Assembly (NCBI GenBank): GCA_040384525.1
Contig: JAZKJE010000005.1
Location: forward strand, 134,541 to 198,540
DNA from: Pseudomonadota bacterium
GTDB lineage: Bacteria; Pseudomonadota; Alphaproteobacteria; Sphingomonadales; Sphingomonadaceae
Reading direction: 5' to 3'
Length of the DNA: 64,000 bases
Position 1 is the stretch's first letter. Each line of letters opens with the position of its first letter. The notes below the pieces were generated by a model. The model searched no databases, was not told the origin of the DNA, and saw only the letters and a program-made list of their open reading frames with translations. Made by a program: the position numbers and the translations under genes. Positions 41,001 to 49,637 of this stretch are shown here, in pieces.

Positions 41001-42517
41001 GGCGTATCGTCGCCCATCGATCCGATCGCTTCCTTCGCGGTCTCGACCATTGGAGACAGGATCAGCTCCATATCTTCCAGCGTCTGGCCGGCAGCGACCT
41101 GACGGCGGGTCAGTTCGGCGCGGTCGAAGCGCAAAGCCTCGGTCTTGGGCGCCTCCAGATCCTCGATCTTGATGAACTGGCCGATCATCCCGGCATAGTC
41201 CGCCTCGCCCGAGATGCGGTCCTTGATCGCGCGATCTTCGAGCAGCACGCCGGAATCGAGATCGACCGCGATCATCTGGCCCGGCCCCATCCGGCCCTTG
41301 GCGACCACATTGGTTTCGGGGATCTGGACCATGCCCGTCTCGGAGCCGACGATGAGCAGGCCATCCGAAGTCTGGGTGTAGCGAAGCGGGCGCAGCGCAT
41401 TGCGGTCGACGCCCGCAACAGCCCAGCGGCCATCGGTCATCGCGAGCGCGGCCGGGCCATCCCACGGCTCCATGACGGAAGCGAGATATTTGTACATCGC
41501 CAGATGATTGGGCGGCGTGTCCTCATCGGACCAGGCTTCCGGCACCAGCATCAGCTTTGCGGTCGGCGCATCGCGGCCCGAACGGCAGATCGCCTCAAAC
41601 ACCGCGTCCAGTGCCGCCGTGTCGGATGCGCCAGCGGGGATCACCGGCTTGATGTCTTCGCTCTGCTCGCCGAACGCGAGGCTGGCCATCTTGATCTCGT
41701 GGCTTAGCATCCAGTTCTTGTTGCCGCGGATCGTGTTGATCTCGCCATTATGGGCGAGGCAGCGGAACGGCTGCGCCAGCCACCATTGCGGAAATGTGTT
41801 GGTCGAATAACGCTGGTGAAAGATCGCGACCCGGCTGGTGAAGCGCTCGTCCTTGAGGTCCGGATAGAAGTCGCTCAGGCTCTCGGCGAGGAACAGGCCC
41901 TTATAGATGATCGAGCGGCAGCTGAGCGAGCAGATGTAAAAGCCCTGTACCTGCTCGGCGATCACGCGCTTCTCGATCCGGCGGCGGACCAGATAGAGGT
42001 TCTTCTCAAACTCGGCGGCGTCGACCGCATCGGATAGCGGCCCGGCGATCATGATCTGCTCGATCTCAGGGCGCGTCGCCTGCGCCTTCATGCCGATCAC
42101 CGACACGTCGACCGGCACCTGGCGCCAGCCATAAATCGTATAGCCCGCCTCGATGATCTCGCTCTCGACGATCGTGCGGCACGCCTCCTGCGCCCCCAGA
42201 TCGGTGCGCGGCAGGAAGATCATGCCGACCGCAAGCCGGTTCGGCAGCACGCGGTGGCCGCCCGCTGCAATCGCATCATCGAAGAAGCGCGCGGGGAGAT
42301 CGACGTGGAGGCCAGCGCCATCGCCGGTCTTGCCATCGGCATCGACTGCGCCGCGATGCCACACAGCCTTCAGCGCATCGATCGCGGATTGGACGACGCG
42401 GCGCGACGGCTTGCCATCGGTGGCGGCAACCATACCCACGCCACAAGCGTCGCCTTCGAATTCAGGGCGATACATGCCTTCAACGGCGAGGCGGGCGCGT
42501 TCGGATTCGTTCGTCAC
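38009..42517 (-). CDS. gltB: glutamate synthase (NADPH) large subunit
   Basis: 1502 aa. GTG start with a short propeptide before the Ntn Cys (FEGDACGVGMVA). FMN and 3Fe-4S regions are present, as is the C-terminal GXGXG domain. Confidence 0.97.
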   Translation of the reverse strand: MTNESERARLAVEGMYRPEFEGDACGVGMVAATDGKPSRRVVQSAIDALKAVWHRGAVDADGKTGDGAGLHVDLPARFFDDAIAAGGHRVLPNRLAVGMIFLPRTDLGAQEACRTIVESEIIEAGYTIYGWRQVPVDVSVIGMKAQATRPEIEQIMIAGPLSDAVDAAEFEKNLYLVRRRIEKRVIAEQVQGFYICSLSCRSIIYKGLFLAESLSDFYPDLKDERFTSRVAIFHQRYSTNTFPQWWLAQPFRCLAHNGEINTIRGNKNWMLSHEIKMASLAFGEQSEDIKPVIPAGASDTAALDAVFEAICRSGRDAPTAKLMLVPEAWSDEDTPPNHLAMYKYLASVMEPWDGPAALAMTDGRWAVAGVDRNALRPLRYTQTSDGLLIVGSETGMVQIPETNVVAKGRMGPGQMIAVDLDSGVLLEDRAIKDRISGEADYAGMIGQFIKIEDLEAPKTEALRFDRAELTRRQVAAGQTLEDMELILSPMVETAKEAIGSMGDDTPLAVISDKPRLISQFFRQNFSQVTNPPIDSLRERQVMTLRTRFGNLANILDTEGGGSKVLVLESPVLTNSDWDRLRTHFGSQSAEIDCTFDTGGDADTLRAAITRIRYEAEQAVRAGCTELFLTDEHQGPTKIAIAGVLAAAAVHTHLVRRGLRSYASVNIRSGECLDTHYYAVLIGVGATTVNAYLAEAAIADRQGRGLFGDLSLADCLKRHRKAIDEGLLKILSKMGIAVISSYRGGYNFEAVGLSRALVHDLFPGMPAKISGEGYASLHLNAVMRHDAAHDTGVATLPIGGFYRQRFGGEVHAYSAQLMHLLQTAVQTDSYSNYLAFSRGVRDLPPVYLRDLLEFNFPNEGMPIDQVEAITEIRKRFVTPGMSLGALSKEAHETLSIAMNRIGAKAVSGEGGEDSERYTPRDNGDNANSVIKQIASGRFGVTAEYLNACDEIEIKVAQGAKPGEGGQLPGFKVTEFIAKLRHATPGVTLISPPPHHDIYSIEDLAQLIYDLKMINPRARVCVKLVSSAGIGTVAAGVAKAHADVILIAGHVGGTGASPQTSVKYAGTPWEMGLSEVNQTLTLNGLRGRVKLRTDGGLKTGRDIVIAAILGAEEFGIGTLSLVAMGCIMVRQCHSNTCPVGVCTQDEKLRAKFVGTPEKVINLMTFIAEEVREILAKLGFSSLDDIIGRTELLRQVSRGAEHLDDLDLNPILAKVDATDAERRFSLSTFRNEVPDSLDAQMIKDAAAVFSRGEKMQLTYTVRNTHRAVGTRLSSEVTRKFGMSSLADGHIHVRLRGSAGQSLGAFLCKGITLEVFGDSNDYVGKGLSGGIIVVRPMVSSPIESWKNTIIGNTVLYGATSGRLFAAGQAGERFAVRNSGAEVVVEGCGANGCEYMTNGTAVVLGEVGSNFGAGMTGGMAFVYDEEASFESRANPESIVWQRLASAHWEGKLRDLVEAHAETTDSKWSRGLLEDWDRSLGHFWQVIPREMLTRLAYPLEEPVAVAAE

Positions 42518-43236
42518 TTGCTGTCTTCCCCGGCACCGAGCAGCGCCGAAAGCCGGGCTATCTGCTCTTTCGACATCGTCTTGAAATCGCCCTGCTTGGG
42601 CAGATGGGCCGTGGCCGCTATCGTCTTTTGCATGATCCCCGGCATCGCCTTCATGATGCGCGGCATGAGCGTGTCCATCCGCCGCATCATCGCCGGATCG
42701 GTATAGAGCGTGAGGGATTGGCTGGCATAAGCACTGCCGGTGGGCGTTGCGAAGAAGCGATCGAGCTCCTGCAATTGCGCCAGCGTGAAGCGTGTGGCGA
42801 GCGCCTCGGCGATGCCGGAGCGATATTCGGGCTCGAGATCGGTCATCAGCACGACCATCTCGTCTGCCATCACGTTCATGGTGATCCGGCTGCGCTCCTC
42901 GAAAGCGGGATCGACGATCACCATGACCTGCTTGAGATTTACGGTTCCCATGCGAGCGACCTTGTCTTCGCTCGCCCCGGCGGCCTTGGCGATATCGGCT
43001 AGCGACATCTGGCTCATCATCTGATCCATCACGCCGCCCGACATCTTATCCATCGTGGTGCGCATCATTTCAACAAAGGCGCCGGGCGGAAGCAGGCGAT
43101 CGGCGATGTGCCTGGCAATTTCGAGCCGCGCGGGATCGGGCAGGGCGCGGGTCGCAATCAGCTTGGGCGCATCCTGTGCTTGTGCGGCAAACGGAATCGC
43201 GCAGGCCAGCGCGGCGGCGAATATCGTACGTATCAC
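42514..43236 (-). CDS. secreted Met-rich hypothetical protein (possibly DUF2059-like)
   Basis: GTG start overlaps the upstream stop (GTGA), and the stop overlaps the gltB GTG (GTGA). Signal peptide MIRTIFAAALACAIPFAAQA. 23 Met in 240 aa by my count. Motif ELDRFFATPTGSAY. GC3-rich codons support a real gene. Confidence 0.7.
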   Translation of the reverse strand: MIRTIFAAALACAIPFAAQAQDAPKLIATRALPDPARLEIARHIADRLLPPGAFVEMMRTTMDKMSGGVMDQMMSQMSLADIAKAAGASEDKVARMGTVNLKQVMVIVDPAFEERSRITMNVMADEMVVLMTDLEPEYRSGIAEALATRFTLAQLQELDRFFATPTGSAYASQSLTLYTDPAMMRRMDTLMPRIMKAMPGIMQKTIAATAHLPKQGDFKTMSKEQIARLSALLGAGEDSK

Positions 43237-43913
43237 TTCTTGCCCTTCAGGTAACGTTTGGCGGCGGACGCAGCCAGGCCCCGCATCCGCTTGCTATATT
43301 TGGCGAGCAGCTTCTCGGACCATACCTTGCTGGCGGCGGCAATCTGGGGGTTGATCGTCTTCATCTTGCTCGCAGCGGAGCTGGCGCCGAACGCGATCAG
43401 CGGCGGATAATCGCCGACCTTCATACTCGCCATCACCTTGCTCATCACAGCGGACTGGATCTGGTCCGGCGACATATCGGGTTTCTCCGCCATCGTCGCA
43501 TAGACCTGCGTGCGCAGCTTGGCGCCAGTGGGACTCGAGAAGAAGCTGAGCGATTCGGCGACTTCGGATGCGGTGAGGCCATCGGCTGCAACGGTGCGAA
43601 TTTCGCGGCGGAGCGACGGAAGCTCCTTCTTCATCATTTTCACGAAAGCGGGGCGTAGTTGGACGGCGACGAACTGCGTCAGGCCCCGATGCTTCGCCTG
43701 TATCGCCTTGAGTTCGGGATCGGCCGCGATTTCGCGGCGGATGCCGTTGTCGAATGCCTTTTCGCCGATCTTGAGCAACGCATCCTCGGGCGTCAGCAAC
43801 GCAACGAGTCGGTCGAGCGGCTTGGACGGCGCAGCGCTGACAGGCGCGGCCATGGCGTGACTCGCCACCAGCGGCGCGGCGGATAGCGCGACGGCGGCGA
43901 GGAGCGTCCTCAT
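43233..43913 (-). CDS. secreted hypothetical protein, paralog of the downstream gene (possibly DUF2059-like)
   Basis: ATG at 43913 overlaps the gltD stop (ATGA). Signal peptide MRTLLAAVALSAAPLVASHAMA. Motif ESLSFFSSPTGAKL. The longer ORF to 44441 overlaps gltD out of frame and is rejected. Confidence 0.7.
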   Translation of the reverse strand: MRTLLAAVALSAAPLVASHAMAAPVSAAPSKPLDRLVALLTPEDALLKIGEKAFDNGIRREIAADPELKAIQAKHRGLTQFVAVQLRPAFVKMMKKELPSLRREIRTVAADGLTASEVAESLSFFSSPTGAKLRTQVYATMAEKPDMSPDQIQSAVMSKVMASMKVGDYPPLIAFGASSAASKMKTINPQIAAASKVWSEKLLAKYSKRMRGLAASAAKRYLKGKK

Positions 43914-45352
43914 GCGGCTTCGGCGGCCGCGGTTGCGCGCGCCTTCATCCATGCATGCATGTGGACCGCCACATCGCGGCCATCGCGGATCGCCCAGACC
44001 ACGAGGCTCGCACCGCGCACGATGTCGCCAGCAGCGAAGACGCCGTCGAGGCTGGTCATCATCGTCTTGCCATCGGCGCGGACCGTGCCCCAGCGGGTGA
44101 CGCCCAGTTCGGGCGCGCCGAAGAGAGTCGGCAGGTCTTCGGCTTCGAAGCCGAGCGCCTTGATGACGAGATCGGCGGGAAGCTGGAACTCCGCGCCGGG
44201 ATCGAGCTCGGGCGAGCGGCGACCGCTGGCGTCGGGCGCGCCGAGGCGCATCTTGGCTGCCTTCACCCCCGTCACCTTCTCGCCGCCATCGAACGCCTCC
44301 GGAGCGGAGAGCCAGACGAACTCGACGCCTTCTTCCTCGGCATTGGCGGTTTCGCGCTGCGAACCGGGCATGTTGGCGCGGTCGCGGCGATACAGGCACT
44401 TCACCGAAGTCGCGCCCTGACGAACAGCCGTGCGCACGCAATCCATCGCAGTGTCGCCGCCGCCGATGACGACAACATTCTTGCCGGCGGCATCCAGGCT
44501 GCCATCGTCGAACTCGGGGACGGCGTCGCCAAAGCCCTTGCGGTTCGATGCAGTGAGGTAATCGAGCGCTTCGACCACGCCCGATGCGCCAACACCGGGG
44601 GCCTTGATCCCGCGCGCTTTATAAACGCCGGTGACGATCAGGATGGTGTCGTGCCTGGCGCGCAGCTCGTCGAGGCTGGCGTCGCGGCCAACTTCGAAGC
44701 TCTGGTGGAAGACGATGCCCGCTTCCTTGAGCCGCTCGACGCGGCGCATGACGACGTACTTCTCCAGTTTGAACCCGGGGATGCCATAGGTCAGCAGTCC
44801 GCCCGCGCGATCGTGGCGATCATAGACGTGCACGTCATAGCCATAGCCGCGCATATATTCGGCGGTGGCGAGGCCGGCGGGGCCTGCGCCGATGATGCCC
44901 ACCGATTGTCCGCGTGCAGGGCCGACCACCACGGGCTCGACCCAGCCTTCTTCCCACGCCGTATCGGTGATGAACTTTTCGACCGATCCGATCGTGACGG
45001 CGCCGTGGCCGGAGAATTCGATGACGCAATTGCCTTCGCACAACCGGTCCTGCGGGCAGATGCGGCCGCAAATCTCGGGCATGGTCGACGTGCTGTTCGA
45101 CAGCTCATAGGCTTCTCGCAACCGGCCTTCCGCCGTGAGCCGCAGCCAGTCGGGGATGTGATTGTGCAAGGGACAATGCACCGTGCAGTACGGCACGCCG
45201 CATTGCGAACAGCGCCCCGACTGTTCCTCGGCGCTGGGCACAGCGAAGCGATCCGCGATCTCACGGAAATCCTCGGCACGCTGCTCAGCTGCGCGCTTGG
45301 ACGGGTATGCCTGGCCCGTGCCGACAAATTTGAGCATGCGATCGTCTGCCAT
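43910..45352 (-). CDS. gltD: glutamate synthase small subunit
   Basis: 480 aa. Fe-S cysteines are in CSQCGVPYCTVHCPLHNHIPDW, and the dinucleotide folds are IIGAGPAGL and VIGGGDTAMD. Confidence 0.96.
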   Translation of the reverse strand: MADDRMLKFVGTGQAYPSKRAAEQRAEDFREIADRFAVPSAEEQSGRCSQCGVPYCTVHCPLHNHIPDWLRLTAEGRLREAYELSNSTSTMPEICGRICPQDRLCEGNCVIEFSGHGAVTIGSVEKFITDTAWEEGWVEPVVVGPARGQSVGIIGAGPAGLATAEYMRGYGYDVHVYDRHDRAGGLLTYGIPGFKLEKYVVMRRVERLKEAGIVFHQSFEVGRDASLDELRARHDTILIVTGVYKARGIKAPGVGASGVVEALDYLTASNRKGFGDAVPEFDDGSLDAAGKNVVVIGGGDTAMDCVRTAVRQGATSVKCLYRRDRANMPGSQRETANAEEEGVEFVWLSAPEAFDGGEKVTGVKAAKMRLGAPDASGRRSPELDPGAEFQLPADLVIKALGFEAEDLPTLFGAPELGVTRWGTVRADGKTMMTSLDGVFAAGDIVRGASLVVWAIRDGRDVAVHMHAWMKARATAAAEAA

Positions 45353-45390
45353 ATCGCCCCGCTATACGGAGTGACCGGCAAATAAAAGGC

Positions 45391-45462
45391 AGTATTTATG
45401 ACCTAATTATCGATTCATGCGTGGAGGCGCACGATAATTACAAAAATATCGGAGTATTTATG
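45391..45462. promoter_or_regulatory. AT-rich repeat architecture upstream of gltD
   Basis: The direct repeat AGTATTTATG (45391-45400 and 45453-45462) flanks the 9-bp inverted repeat TAATTATCG (45404-45412) / CGATAATTA (45432-45440). The segment is unusually AT-rich for this window. Confidence 0.35.
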
Positions 45463-45475
45463 GCCGCTTCGGACC

Positions 45476-46276
45476 TTATCGCATTCCTAGCCAGATGAGC
45501 GCCGCGCCACCCGCGATGATTCGATACCAGGCGAAGGGCGCAAAGCCGTGCTTGGTGACCACCGCCAGAAATGCCTTCACCACGGCCAACGCAACCACGA
45601 ACGATACGACAAACCCGACTGCGATCAGCCCCATGCTGTCCGCCGTGATCGCGTCGCGATGCTTGTAAAGCTGGAGCACTGTCGCGCCCGAGAGCGTGGG
45701 CAATGCGAGGAAGAAACTGAAATCGGCCGCGGTTCGCCGATCAATGCCGAATGCCATCGCGCCCATGATCGTCGCACCCGAACGGCTGACGCCCGGGATC
45801 ATGGCGATACACTGCACAAGGCCGATCTTTACCGACTGGCTGAGCGAAACGCCGGCGATGCCGAACACATTCTCGGTCTTGGCGAAGCGCTCGACGATCA
45901 GGATCGCGACACCGCCGACGATCAGCGCCCAGGCAACGATCACGGCATTTTCGAGCAAAGCGTCGATCTGGTCGGCCAGGAGCAGCCCCAGCGCGACCGC
46001 CGGGATGAAGGCGATCAGCAAATTGCGCACGAACTTCACCGAGTTTGGCTCCCACCGAAACAAGCCCCGCGTCACGGTGAGGAACGTGCGCCAATAGAGT
46101 ACGACGATGGCCAGGATCGCGCCGGGCTGGATCGCGATATTGAACACCGCCCATTTGGCTGCGTCATACCCCATCAGTTCGGTGGCGAGGATCAGATGCC
46201 CGGTCGAGGAGACCGGCAGGAACTCAGTGATCCCCTCAACAATGCCGAGCAGGATCGCGACGAGATAATCGCTCAT
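45476..46276 (-). CDS. uppP: undecaprenyl-diphosphate phosphatase
   Basis: MSDYLVAILLGIVEGITEFLPVSSTGHLIL and PGVSRSGATI are BacA/UppP signatures. Confidence 0.93.
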   Translation of the reverse strand: MSDYLVAILLGIVEGITEFLPVSSTGHLILATELMGYDAAKWAVFNIAIQPGAILAIVVLYWRTFLTVTRGLFRWEPNSVKFVRNLLIAFIPAVALGLLLADQIDALLENAVIVAWALIVGGVAILIVERFAKTENVFGIAGVSLSQSVKIGLVQCIAMIPGVSRSGATIMGAMAFGIDRRTAADFSFFLALPTLSGATVLQLYKHRDAITADSMGLIAVGFVVSFVVALAVVKAFLAVVTKHGFAPFAWYRIIAGGAALIWLGMR

Positions 46277-46312
46277 TGGTGACGCCCCCTAATTACCCCA
46301 GACCAATGCGTT

Positions 46313-47251
46313 TCAGGCTGCGGCACGGGCCTTGCCGAAGCGGCCAGCCTTGCGAAAGCGCACCATCCATGCCGGCGCGACGGTCGCCAGCGGCGTCGGC
46401 ACGATGCCAAAAGCAGCGAAGCCCTGCTCGCCCGCGGGCACGACATTGTCGGTGCCGAGCATCCGCCATTGATCGCGCGTGATCGGCGCGAAGGGCAGGA
46501 ACGGTATGACGCCACCGATCGCATCGGGCAGCGCGACAAACGGCACGTCGCGCTGGATCGTGCCGGCGATCCATTTGAACAGATCGATCATCGAAATCAC
46601 GTCCGGTCCGCCCAGCGAATAGGTCTGGCCGGCATGTGCGGCCGGATCCATGATGGCCTGTGCGATCGCCTGTGCGACATCGGCGACATAGGCTGGCTGG
46701 AACTTGGCCTCGGCGCGCAGCACCGGCACGGCGACCGGCGTGTTGGCGATCATGCCGGCGAAGCGGTTCACGAAAGCATCCTCGCGTCCGAACAGGATCG
46801 AGGGGCGGAAGATGGTAGCGTCCGGGAAGGCCTTGCGGACCGCAATCTCGCCTTCGCCCTTGGTGCGGCCGTAATCGGCGGCGGAGTTAGGATCGGCGCC
46901 GATTGCGGAAACGTGGATGAGAGTCGTCGCGCCTGCCGCTGCCGCCGCTTCGGCGACGTTGCGCGCGCCATCGACGTGCACGCCCTCGAAATCGCCCGCC
47001 AGCACGCCGACGAGATTGACCACGGCATCCGATCCCTGAAGCGCGCGGGCCAAAGTCTCGGGCTTCCGGATATCAGCAGCCGCGAACTGCGTCTGGCCCA
47101 ACCCGCCGAGCGTCTTGATGAACCAGGCGTCCCGCGGCCGCGGCTGTACCACACGAACGCGTGCGCCGGCTGCAAACAACTCCTGCGCGACATAGCGGCC
47201 GAGAAACCCGCCTCCGCCGATCAGCGTTACCAGCATGTCCTTCATCGCCAC
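46313..47251 (-). CDS. NAD(P)H-binding, complex I NDUFA9-like SDR family protein
   Basis: LVTLIGGGGFLGRYVAQEL is a Rossmann motif. 312 aa, atypical SDR. Confidence 0.8.
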   Translation of the reverse strand: MAMKDMLVTLIGGGGFLGRYVAQELFAAGARVRVVQPRPRDAWFIKTLGGLGQTQFAAADIRKPETLARALQGSDAVVNLVGVLAGDFEGVHVDGARNVAEAAAAAGATTLIHVSAIGADPNSAADYGRTKGEGEIAVRKAFPDATIFRPSILFGREDAFVNRFAGMIANTPVAVPVLRAEAKFQPAYVADVAQAIAQAIMDPAAHAGQTYSLGGPDVISMIDLFKWIAGTIQRDVPFVALPDAIGGVIPFLPFAPITRDQWRMLGTDNVVPAGEQGFAAFGIVPTPLATVAPAWMVRFRKAGRFGKARAAA

Positions 47252-47310
47252 TCAAACTCCTGCGCTTTGGCCGTCTCCCATGCCGCGCGGCACGGGAAAC
47301 GGCAAGCAGG

Positions 47311-47814
47311 TCAGTGTGCGACTTCTAGCGTCGTCGTCTCGGGTTTGGGCAGGCCGTTCGCTTTATAGTCGGCGGTCAGCTCTTCCTTGCGAGCTCGCAT
47401 CTGGTCCCCCAACGCGTCCATATCGAGCCCGGCCTTCCGCGCCTGGCTGAACATGCCCTCCATGCGCTTTTCCTCTTCTTCGACATGGTGTTCGATCTGC
47501 TCGGACAGCACTTTTACCTTGGCGTCGTAATATTCGTCGTCCGGGCTGCCGGCTTCGATCTCCGCGATGAGCACCTTTGCGCCGTCATGTTCGACATAGG
47601 CTTCCTTGAGCAGGTCTTCCTCGATCTTGCCTTCGCAGGCGGGATAGAAGATTTCCTCTTCAATCCTGGTGTGTACCGTAAGTTCAAGGCAGATTTCGTT
47701 GGCGATCTTCTGTTTTCTCGCAGAGCCGCTTGCGCCTTCGAACTGCTCGAAAAGTTCTGCGACCTTGCGGTGATCGGCTTTCAGAAGTGCAATAGCGTCG
47801 GGTTTGTCAGCCAT
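47311..47814 (-). CDS. hemerythrin (HHE cation-binding) domain protein
   Basis: AIALLKADHRKVAELFEQFE...HTRIEEEIFYPA...EHDGAKVLIAEIE...IEHHVEEEE shows the His/Glu ligand pattern of hemerythrin-like proteins. Confidence 0.8.
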   Translation of the reverse strand: MADKPDAIALLKADHRKVAELFEQFEGASGSARKQKIANEICLELTVHTRIEEEIFYPACEGKIEEDLLKEAYVEHDGAKVLIAEIEAGSPDDEYYDAKVKVLSEQIEHHVEEEEKRMEGMFSQARKAGLDMDALGDQMRARKEELTADYKANGLPKPETTTLEVAH

Positions 47815-47909
47815 TTGAATTCTCCCATGTTACCGGGGCCGAACGCGCACCTTGTTCACTGTGTGCCAATTGCGAGTCGTTCGTAAATAACGGACTAACC
47901 TGCATTAAG

Positions 47910-49115
47910 TCAGGATTTACGTCTGCGCGGTCCGAAGTTCAGCCGGCGGGTGACGTTATAATCGAGCACCGCCATTACGAAATACGCGCCGGCCTGCTTG
48001 ATGCGGGTCCAGAACCCCGTACGCGCCTTATAAACCTCGGCGGTGATCCGCTCCGAATTCGCGACCTCGCCATCGACATACGCGCGAACATAAGCGGCGA
48101 ATTCCTTATCCTCGATCCGCAGCATCAGCTCAAGATTGAGGAACATGGATCGGATGTCGAAATTTGCCGAGCCGATATGGACGACATCGTCGATGACGAA
48201 GAGCTTGGTGTGTAATTTGGTGGGCTGGTACTCATAGATCTGGACGCGTTTGCGCAGCAGCCCGGCATAGGTGAAGCGCGCTGCCCAGATTGCGGCGCCG
48301 TGATCGAGCTTGGAGGGCAAAACAAGCCGGACGTCCCCACGCTTGCCGGCCTTGTCGAGGCGGCGGAGCATTGCAGGATTGGGCGCGAAATAGGCGGCGA
48401 TCAGGTCGATCGTCTGCGCCTGCTCCATGTCGCGCTTGACCACGCGTGCCCAGGGCGAGAGCCGTCGCATGGGGCCGCCAAGCAGCCAGCGCGTCGCGCC
48501 ATCGGGCTCGCTCCAGGTTTTGAGTGTCCTGCCCAGCTTGCGCATCGAAGCCTTGGGCCGCTTTGCCCAGCGCGAGAGCGCGTCGAAATAGCCGGTCAGC
48601 CGCGCCGCAGCGGGCCCTTCGACCAGCAGGCCGAGATCGCGCCACGCGGCATCGGCCTGCGTTCCGAAATAGCTGTCCTCGATATTGAAACCGCCGATGA
48701 TCACGCGCTCTTCATCGGCGAGCGCGAGCTTCTGATGGTTGCGCAGCAGGTATCGCCGCCCCCAGCGCGGCACGAAGCGGCAGACGTCTACGCCGGCCTC
48801 GTGCAACGGATCGAAAAAGCCTTGGCCCTGCGCCGGCTCGCTGCCCATCCCGTCGATGATCAGATGAACTTCGACTCCGCGCCACGCCGCAGCGATCAGC
48901 GCATCGCGCACCGCTTCGCCCGCTTCATCGGCGACATAGATATAATAGAGCACGCGCAGCGATCGCTTGGCGGTGTTGATCAGCTGGAGCAGAGCCTCCA
49001 TCCGGCCGGGGCCTTCGGTGAGCAGCGTCAGCCGGCTACCGTCGACGGTAAAAGTTGCGGGCGCGGGCACCCCATGCATGTGCGGAGCATCGGCAAGGTT
49101 GGCAAGCGCATGCAT
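47910..49115 (-). CDS. phospholipase D-like / cardiolipin synthase (ClsB-like) family protein
   Basis: Two HKD motifs are present: RNHQKLALAD and KLHTKLFVIDDVVHIGSANFD. Confidence 0.8.
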   Translation of the reverse strand: MHALANLADAPHMHGVPAPATFTVDGSRLTLLTEGPGRMEALLQLINTAKRSLRVLYYIYVADEAGEAVRDALIAAAWRGVEVHLIIDGMGSEPAQGQGFFDPLHEAGVDVCRFVPRWGRRYLLRNHQKLALADEERVIIGGFNIEDSYFGTQADAAWRDLGLLVEGPAAARLTGYFDALSRWAKRPKASMRKLGRTLKTWSEPDGATRWLLGGPMRRLSPWARVVKRDMEQAQTIDLIAAYFAPNPAMLRRLDKAGKRGDVRLVLPSKLDHGAAIWAARFTYAGLLRKRVQIYEYQPTKLHTKLFVIDDVVHIGSANFDIRSMFLNLELMLRIEDKEFAAYVRAYVDGEVANSERITAEVYKARTGFWTRIKQAGAYFVMAVLDYNVTRRLNFGPRRRKS

Positions 49116-49201
49116 GAGGGATGAGGGCCTTTCGTTTCAGGTCCGTCATCAAACGCACATCGCCGCGATTCGGTTCGCCCCTTGCGACAAGGCGCATTTC
49201 C

Positions 49202-49230
49202 TTGACAATTAGGCCATCGGCACCTACTTG
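49202..49230 (+). promoter_or_regulatory. possible sigma-70 promoter for rpoZ
   Basis: TTGACA (49202-49207), a 17-nt spacer, then TACTTG (49225-49230), about 40 nt upstream of the rpoZ ATG. The -10 element is weak. Confidence 0.3.
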
Positions 49231-49270
49231 CCTCGCCTTTCCCGGACACTGTTAATCCTAAGGATTGCGT

Positions 49271-49615
49271 ATGGCACGCGTCACTGTCGAAGATTGCGTC
49301 GACAAGATTCCCAACCGTTTCGACCTGGTGCTGTTCGCAGCGCAGCGCGCCCGCCAGATCTCGGGCGGTGCCGAGCTGACGATCGATCGCGACCGTGATA
49401 AAAACCCGGTCGTCGCCCTGCGTGAGATCGCGGAAGAGACTGTGAGCCCTCCGCATCTGCAGGAAGCCGTTATCTCGGGCATGCAGCGCGTTCAGATCGA
49501 CGACGAGGAAGCGCCGGACGAAATCGGCAGCCTCTCGGCATCGGCCGAAGCGCTCCGTCTGACGGCAGCAGCGCCGCCACGGAACCAGAATCTGGGTTCG
49601 GATTACGACGGCTAA
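49271..49615 (+). CDS. rpoZ: DNA-directed RNA polymerase omega subunit
   Basis: [30 protein letters not shown] is canonical. The ORF track starts at TTG 49265; ATG at 49271 is preferred. Confidence 0.93.
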   Translation: MARVTVEDCVDKIPNRFDLVLFAAQRARQISGGAELTIDRDRDKNPVVALREIAEETVSPPHLQEAVISGMQRVQIDDEEAPDEIGSLSASAEALRLTAAAPPRNQNLGSDYDG

Positions 49616-49637
49616 GGCCGGAGAATCGCAGAATTAG

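Noticed and set aside
43914-44441. Upstream extension of the ORF 43233-44441 (402 aa).
   Set aside because: The extension overlaps gltD on the same strand in another frame and is Arg-rich nonsense. The internal ATG at 43913 gives a proper signal peptide and an ATGA overlap with the gltD stop.
47815-47909. Search for a general-stress (GGAAC-N16-17-CGTT) promoter upstream of the hemerythrin-domain gene.
   Set aside because: GAAC and CGTT elements are present on the minus strand, but with wrong spacing (8 nt, or far too long). No convincing match was found.
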